From NCBI GenBank assembly GCA_902617045.1, contig CACMVA010000004.1, forward strand, positions 1,976 to 65,975: DNA of 64,000 bases, given 5' to 3'. A program made the translations under genes and the position numbers. Position 1 is the stretch's first letter, and the number at the start of each line of letters is the position of its first letter. This document shows, one piece after another, positions 58,727 to 64,000 of this stretch. The DNA comes from an uncultured SAR86 cluster bacterium (GTDB lineage: Bacteria; Pseudomonadota; Gammaproteobacteria; Magnimaribacterales; D2472). A model generated the notes under the pieces. That model saw nothing but the letters and a program-made list of their open reading frames with translations. It had not been told where the DNA came from and made no database searches.

Positions 58727-61009
58727 CTAGAAGGTTAGATTAAATTTTAATCCGTAATTTCTTCCAGGAAGAGGAACTTCATTTTTCACAAAAGAAGAGT
58801 GATTCCTGGCAACTTCATCAAGAAGGTTATTAGCGAAAAGCGAAACTTTTAGTTCACCTTCGCCCATTCCTTTGAATGTTTTGGTTAGTCTTGTGTTAAG
58901 CATTTGATAAGAATCAGTTGCTGTTTCACCTTCACCAATATCATTTTGTTTTTCAACATCTTTAAGCATTAGTTTAAAGAGCAAATCATCTTGAGTATAA
59001 ACTAAAGAATAAATGTTTCTTGCTGGATTAATTCTTGGTACGTAATGTCCATCTGCGAATTCAGCATTCACAACATCTCTTCCAAAAGATAAAGCAAGCT
59101 CGCCAGAGCCAAGATCAAAACTTCTTCCAAATTCAATCTCGTATCCATCAAACTCAGCATCTTCTTGCATGTAATTAGCATGAATTAAATTACCATGACC
59201 ATGATCATCATGCTCGTCTTCATGATGCTCGTCCTCACCTTCATGATGCTCATCTTCGTCTTCATGATGCTCGTCTTCACCCATGTGATCATCTTCTTCA
59301 TCTATTAGAGCGATGTAATTATCCACATCAGTGATATAAAAACTTGCGAGAGCATAGAAATCACCATTATCAAAATTAAAAGTGATATCAAAGTTATTTG
59401 AAGTTTCACTGTTAAGATTTGGATCACCAACTTCAAATCTTCCTGTTGCCATATGAGGTCCATTCATGAAGAGCTCAATTGAAGATGGAAGTCTTTCAAC
59501 ACTTGCATACCCAAGACTAATACCAAGATTATCACTTAGGTCTCTGCCAAGAGTTATAGCAAAACTACTTGTTGTATCATCTATGTTGTAATAATCAACG
59601 TCTCCATGTTCATCACCATGTTCATCACCATGATCATCTCCATGATCATCTTCATGTTCTTCCTCAGAAACACTTCCACTTCTTTCAATTTGATCCAATC
59701 TAAAACCAAAATCAAGATCAAATGTTCCTAGGTCTTTACTTAAGTAATAACCAATTGTGAATTCTTCACTATTTGCAGGATTCATGAACGCTTCTTCGCC
59801 AACAATAGAGTTATCTTCATCGACAAAATTTACAACAACCTTTTGAGTTGAAGAGTCATTTGAAATATCAAAAGTAGCACCATACTCAACAGCCTCATTC
59901 ATGAAAACGGTTGGAGCATGTTCTTCATGTTCTTCTTCCTCTTCATGATCTTCTTCTTCGTGATGCTCTTCTTCAGCATGAGCCTCTGTTAAAGAGTAAT
60001 CTGAATCTCGGTATGTAAAGTCAACTTTATTAACAAGACTTCCATTGACATTGTATGAACCTCTGATAGAAGAAGTCTCAGAATCAGTAGTGGAAAAAAT
60101 TCTTTCCTCACCATGCTCTTCTTCATCACCATATTCATCTCCATGCTCATCGCCATGCTCATCTCCATGCTCATCGCCATGAAAGGGAATACCATAAACA
60201 CTTTCAAGATTATCAATTCCAAAGCCAATATAGCCCCAGTCTGTTAATTTGGATACACCAAACTTTGTTGCCTCTACAGCAAAATCAGAGTTATTTATGT
60301 ATCCTAAATCCTCTTCAGAATGTTCATCATCATGATGTTCATCTTCATCGTGATCTTCATCATCATGATGCTCCTCCTCTGAGTGAATTACAGCACCACT
60401 AGGAACATCATAGTTTCCAAAATCAGTATTTTTATAGCCAAAATTAACATTAAAACCACCAACATTGCCTTTTAAATTCACAAATTCTGAATTTCCGTCA
60501 TTTACAGATTGAGATTCATATCCAACTGAAACCTCAGGAATTTCAAAATTCTTAGTTGAAATTAAATCATCAACAACATTGATAATTCCTCCTATGGTCC
60601 CATTTGCATATAGAAGTGATGAGGGTCCTTTGACAATTTCTACTTGAGAAATATCATTCAAGTCCACGTCATTCAAGTGATCAACACCAAGACCAGACAC
60701 ATCTCTGTTGACGACACCATTTTTAAGTATTTTTACTCTTGGGCCTGACATACCTCTAATAATTGGTTGGCCAACAGCTGAACCATAGTCTGCAATTGAA
60801 AGACCAAGATACTCATCAATCGCATCACCCAAACTTGTAGTTGCTCCATCTGAAAATTCAGAACCATCAATAACGTATAGCGGATTGTTAATTTCACTAG
60901 TATCGATAAAAGCTGAAGTAACAACAATTTCTTCAACCTCATCCTGTGAAATTATATTTATCGAATGAAAAGCAATTAATACAATAACTGCGTTAAAAAA
61001 TTTTTTCAT
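58727..61009 (-). CDS. TonB-dependent receptor, ZnuD-like, with five His/Asp/Glu-rich loops (probable Zn/transition-metal uptake)
   Basis: EEIVVTS, GQPIIRGMSGPRV, DVSGLGVDH, KGPSSLLY, YGIPFH, ELFMNGPHMAT, ARNHSSFVK..VPLPGRN, terminal Phe; strong SD AAGGAGG. Confidence 0.88.
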   Translation of the reverse strand: MKKFFNAVIVLIAFHSINIISQDEVEEIVVTSAFIDTSEINNPLYVIDGSEFSDGATTSLGDAIDEYLGLSIADYGSAVGQPIIRGMSGPRVKILKNGVVNRDVSGLGVDHLNDVDLNDISQVEIVKGPSSLLYANGTIGGIINVVDDLISTKNFEIPEVSVGYESQSVNDGNSEFVNLKGNVGGFNVNFGYKNTDFGNYDVPSGAVIHSEEEHHDDEDHDEDEHHDDEHSEEDLGYINNSDFAVEATKFGVSKLTDWGYIGFGIDNLESVYGIPFHGDEHGDEHGDEHGDEYGDEEEHGEERIFSTTDSETSSIRGSYNVNGSLVNKVDFTYRDSDYSLTEAHAEEEHHEEEDHEEEEEHEEHAPTVFMNEAVEYGATFDISNDSSTQKVVVNFVDEDNSIVGEEAFMNPANSEEFTIGYYLSKDLGTFDLDFGFRLDQIERSGSVSEEEHEDDHGDDHGDEHGDEHGDVDYYNIDDTTSSFAITLGRDLSDNLGISLGYASVERLPSSIELFMNGPHMATGRFEVGDPNLNSETSNNFDITFNFDNGDFYALASFYITDVDNYIALIDEEDDHMGEDEHHEDEDEHHEGEDEHHEDEHDDHGHGNLIHANYMQEDAEFDGYEIEFGRSFDLGSGELALSFGRDVVNAEFADGHYVPRINPARNIYSLVYTQDDLLFKLMLKDVEKQNDIGEGETATDSYQMLNTRLTKTFKGMGEGELKVSLFANNLLDEVARNHSSFVKNEVPLPGRNYGLKFNLTF
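59218..59280. repeat. Three 21-bp tandem units (encode HHE(D/G)EDE-type repeats)
   Basis: cttcatgatgctcgtcctcac / cttcatgatgctcatcttcgt / cttcatgatgctcgtcttcac. Confidence 0.85.
59601..59660. repeat. Five imperfect 12-bp tandem units (HGDE/HGDD)
   Basis: tctccatgttca tcaccatgttca tcaccatgatca tctccatgatca tcttcatgttct. Confidence 0.85.
60123..60182. repeat. Five 12-bp tandem units (four HGDE, one YGDE)
   Basis: tcatcaccatat tcatctccatgc tcatcgccatgc tcatctccatgc tcatcgccatga. Confidence 0.88.
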
Positions 61010-61026
61010 GTTTCCTCCTTTATGAA

Positions 61027-61059
61027 AAATTAGTTAAAAATTTATTAATTAACTAATTT
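61027..61059 (-). promoter_or_regulatory. AU-rich hairpin overlapping the leader ORF stop, upstream of the receptor SD
   Basis: Minus strand AAATTAGTTAA-N11-TTAACTAATTT, then TTCATAAAGGAGGAAACATG. Confidence 0.55.
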
Positions 61060-61316
61060 AAAGGTGGAGCTCTTGATAGATTTGATTTTTGTTTTTGACT
61101 TACAAATCTATTGATTAGATTTGATTCAGGGGATTCTTTTAAAAAATTGTTTTTATTTTTTGTTGAAGCAATTTTAATTTCAACATTTTCTTCACAAGCC
61201 TGGCATTCAGCCAAATGCTCTTCTTCAAAGCTGAAGTGATCATGATGATCTGCAAAGCTGTGCAACGACAAACTTGCTATAAATAGAAATGAATATAGTA
61301 GATATTTTTTATTCAT
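61053..61316 (-). CDS. DUF2946/CruR-like leader protein: signal peptide, His cluster, CxxC and C-terminal RAPP arrest motif
   Basis: MNKKYLLYSFLFIASLSLHSFA-DHHDH...EEEHLAECQAC...NLSRAPPLN*; directly upstream of a TonB-dependent receptor; alternative start at 61322. Confidence 0.78.
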   Translation of the reverse strand: MNKKYLLYSFLFIASLSLHSFADHHDHFSFEEEHLAECQACEENVEIKIASTKNKNNFLKESPESNLINRFVSQKQKSNLSRAPPLN

Positions 61317-62376
61317 GATCATGAGTCAGGCATACTAAACCATTAATCTTTCCATTTTTCAAGTCATTTAAAGTTTTATTTGCCTCTGAGGCATTTCTTC
61401 TTTCAACCTCTACATGCTCAATCTTGTTTTCCCTTACAAGCTCCATTAATTCACTCATTTCTTGCAGACTTCCAACATAGACTCCTCGAATGGTTCTTGC
61501 AGTTAAAGTTGTCATTGGAAGCTGTAAGTTTGTTTCTCCTCCAATCAAACCAACAATTACATATGTGCCACCTCTTTTCATACCGAACATTCCAGATGCA
61601 AGCTCAAACGTCTCAGCTGCACCTACAAAATCAATGACACTGGTGGCACCACCATTAGTAAGTTCTGCAATTTTTTCGTACAACTTCTCATCTCTTGAAT
61701 TAATTACTTCAGATGCTCCAGCTTGTTTTGCTAGTTCAAGTTTTTCATCGTCAATGTCAACAACTATAGGATTAATAGAATAGGCTGCTTGAATTATTTT
61801 TAATGAAAGTAATCCAAGCCCTCCAGCGCTTATGATAACAACAGAATTTTGACCTTTAACTAAATCCGCTTTTTTAAGCGCACTGTACGCAGTCAAACCT
61901 CTGCAAGCGTAACTTCCAGCAACTTCGTCTGGAGTATCTCCGGCATCAAATAAATATTTAGAATCTGGCACAAGAACATATTCTGCATAACCACCGTCTA
62001 CATTAATACCTAAATTTTTTGTTGTTAAAGGTGAACAATAATGCTCTCTATCATTAGCGCACTCATCACAATTACCACATCCTATCCAAGGATATGCAAC
62101 ATATTTTTTTCCAATTTCAATATCCGAAACATCTTCCCCTAACTCAACCACTTCACCATATATTTCATGACCCATAGCAAGCGCATCTGTCATTAGAGGT
62201 ACTGGAAGTTTTGCTTCTTCCCCCAAACTAAAAAAACCTTCATGTATATGGACGTCTGAATGACAAACGCCACATGCTACAGTTTTAATTAAAATTTCTT
62301 TACCAGTCGGTTTGGGTTTTTCTATTTCTCTTTTTTCTAGAGGTTTGCCGTTTTCAACAACTTGATATGCTTTCAT
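61309..62376 (-). CDS. Zinc-dependent alcohol dehydrogenase (MDR family)
   Basis: CGVCHSD, GHE, structural Zn site CGNCDEC...HYC, AGGLG. Confidence 0.93.
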   Translation of the reverse strand: MKAYQVVENGKPLEKREIEKPKPTGKEILIKTVACGVCHSDVHIHEGFFSLGEEAKLPVPLMTDALAMGHEIYGEVVELGEDVSDIEIGKKYVAYPWIGCGNCDECANDREHYCSPLTTKNLGINVDGGYAEYVLVPDSKYLFDAGDTPDEVAGSYACRGLTAYSALKKADLVKGQNSVVIISAGGLGLLSLKIIQAAYSINPIVVDIDDEKLELAKQAGASEVINSRDEKLYEKIAELTNGGATSVIDFVGAAETFELASGMFGMKRGGTYVIVGLIGGETNLQLPMTTLTARTIRGVYVGSLQEMSELMELVRENKIEHVEVERRNASEANKTLNDLKNGKINGLVCLTHDHE

Positions 62377-62421
62377 ATATATTTTTGTGTTTTATTTATT
62401 ATAGATTATATTATTCATTAT

Positions 62422-63792
62422 ATGACCAAGCTAATAAAATACTCTTTTTTAATTTTTGCGTGCTTTATTGAAGCAAAGCCATTTGAATCAACTTACGAAC
62501 CTTTACCTTCAGAGAATATTCTTATTAGAAATGCAAATATTTATGATGGAGAAGGAAATGAATTTAATGAAACAGATCTTTTAATTCAGGATAGAAAAAT
62601 TGTTGCTATTGGTAAAGATTTACCAGTTGGTAGTGAATTTTTGATCATTGATGCATCCAATAAATGGGTAACTCCTGGAATTATAGATATTCATTCTCAT
62701 ATGGGCGTTTACCCAGCTCCTGGGGTAAGCACAAGTTCTGATGGAAATGAAGCAACGAGTCCTGTTACTGCAGATGTATGGGCTGAACATTCAATTTGGG
62801 TTCAAGATCCTCAGTATGCTCTTGCTTTAAAAGGAGGGATAACTGCTTTTCATATTTTGCCAGGATCGGCAAATTTGATTGGTGGTAGGGGAGTAACTGT
62901 AAAAAATTTACAAAGAAACACCATCAATTCTATGAAATTTCCTGATGCACCACATTCATTAAAAATGGCCTGTGGAGAAAATCCAAAAAGAGTTTATGGA
63001 AATAGACAACAAGCTCCATCCACAAGAATGGGTAACGCAGCAGGTTATAGAAAATCTTGGATTCAAGCTGAAGCTTATTTAAGTCGGTTAGATGAATACG
63101 AAGCTAAATCTGAGGAAGCTAAAGAAATAGGATATGCACCTCAGAGAGATCTTGAGATGGATACTCTTGCGGGAGTACTGCGAGGTGAAATATTAGTTCA
63201 CAATCATTGTTATAGAGCTGAGGAAATGGCAACAATGATAAATATTGCAAATGAATTTAATTATAAAATTACAGCTTTCCATCATGGTGTTGAAGCATAC
63301 AAAATTGCAGATTTATTGGCAGAAAATAATATATGTGGAGCTTTATGGGCAGATTGGTGGGGGTTTAAACACGAGGCATATGATATGGTTCAGGCTAATA
63401 TAGCCATTGTTGATCAAGCTCTTGGTGGCAAAGGGTGTGCAATTGTTCACTCTGATGATGCCATAGGGATTCAGCATCTCAATCAAGAAGCATCAAAAGC
63501 TTTAGCTGCTGGTTTGAGAGCTGGTTTTGATATATCAAAAGCAAGAGCTATGAATTGGATTACTTCTAACCCAGCAAAAGCTGCGGGTATTTATGATCAA
63601 ACTGGATCATTAAAAGTTGGCAAAAACGCTGATGTCGTCATTTGGTCAAAAAATCCTTTTAGTGTATATGCTCTTGTTGAGAGAGTTTTTATTGATGGCG
63701 CAACAGCTTATGACAGAAAAAATAATTTCCAACCTGCAAGTGATTTTGATGTTGGAATAATTAGTCCAGAAAAAAATAGGATAGAAGAATGA
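62422..63792 (+). CDS. Secreted amidohydrolase-family protein
   Basis: Signal peptide from ATG 62422; PGIIDIHSHMG, LKMACGENPK, HCYR, HHG, HSD, NPA, GSLKVGKNADVV. Confidence 0.9.
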   Translation: MTKLIKYSFLIFACFIEAKPFESTYEPLPSENILIRNANIYDGEGNEFNETDLLIQDRKIVAIGKDLPVGSEFLIIDASNKWVTPGIIDIHSHMGVYPAPGVSTSSDGNEATSPVTADVWAEHSIWVQDPQYALALKGGITAFHILPGSANLIGGRGVTVKNLQRNTINSMKFPDAPHSLKMACGENPKRVYGNRQQAPSTRMGNAAGYRKSWIQAEAYLSRLDEYEAKSEEAKEIGYAPQRDLEMDTLAGVLRGEILVHNHCYRAEEMATMINIANEFNYKITAFHHGVEAYKIADLLAENNICGALWADWWGFKHEAYDMVQANIAIVDQALGGKGCAIVHSDDAIGIQHLNQEASKALAAGLRAGFDISKARAMNWITSNPAKAAGIYDQTGSLKVGKNADVVIWSKNPFSVYALVERVFIDGATAYDRKNNFQPASDFDVGIISPEKNRIEE

Positions 63793-64000
63793 TAAGCCAA
63801 TCAAAGAAAGTTCTTTTTTTAGTGTTTATTTTTTTTAATGGAATTATAAATTCTGAAAGTATCCTTATTCAAAACGCAACAATTTATGATGGAAAAAATA
63901 ATAATGCTTTTGTTGGAAATGTTTTAGTTGACGGAAACAAAATATCTCGAGTCTCAACAGCTAATCTTCGAGGAGACAAGATAATAGATGCAACAGGAAA
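63789..64000 (+). CDS. Second amidohydrolase-family protein, N-terminal part (runs off the window)
   Basis: Translated by hand: MISQSKKVLFLVFIFFNGIINSESILIQNATIYDG...GNVLVDGNKI...IIDATG; ATGA overlap with the previous gene. Confidence 0.8.
   Translation, partial: MISQSKKVLFLVFIFFNGIINSESILIQNATIYDGKNNNAFVGNVLVDGNKISRVSTANLRGDKIIDATG

Noticed and set aside
59192-60385. Short tandem repeats as a possible CRISPR array
   Set aside because: No unique spacers, unit lengths are multiples of 3, they lie in frame within a receptor gene, and there are no cas genes
61010-62421. Zur or Fur box for the His-rich receptor
   Set aside because: No convincing TGTTAT-N3-ATAACA or GATAATGATAATCATTATC-like dyad seen by eye; a PWM scan is needed to exclude weak sites

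Overview
AT-rich, tightly packed chromosomal segment of a streamlined marine gammaproteobacterium. The 16S gene contains CAGACGGACGCTAAGCC, which I recall as the target of the SAR86-specific FISH probe, so this is most likely the SAR86 clade. It is mostly core genome: coaD/mutM/tolC/parE/parC, a PPi-type pfk, mpl, rsfS-rlmH-mrdA-rodA-mltB-dacA-dat, leuS-lptE-holA, aroQ, ilvD-hemB-trxA-rho, rsmD-hemC-hemD, a TetR/RND efflux locus, bamD/rluD, ilvIHC, a full 16S-23S-5S operon without spacer tRNAs, coaE-yacG, rnr-rlmB-lpxC-secA, two TonB-dependent receptors, a Zn-ADH and amidohydrolases, plus a proteorhodopsin and the end of an NAD-dependent formate dehydrogenase. I see no mobile elements, CRISPR arrays or tRNAs. 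Most interesting signals: (1) an 87-aa signal-peptide/His-CxxC/RAPP leader ORF with an overlapping hairpin, directly upstream of an extremely His/acid-rich ZnuD-like receptor, a candidate metal-sensing ribosome-arrest switch; (2) a 23-bp operator present twice in the TetR/RND promoter and again 30 kb away before tolC; (3) a blue-tuned proteorhodopsin with the Gly 'fenestration' linked to carotenoid antennas; (4) a 51-aa AccB N-terminus-only ORF missed by the ORF track, next to a DsbD N-domain-only gene; (5) other domain-trimmed or metal-site-altered core proteins (SecA tail, RNase R, IlvH, LptE with a His/Met insert). All calls come from motif recognition by eye; no searches were run.
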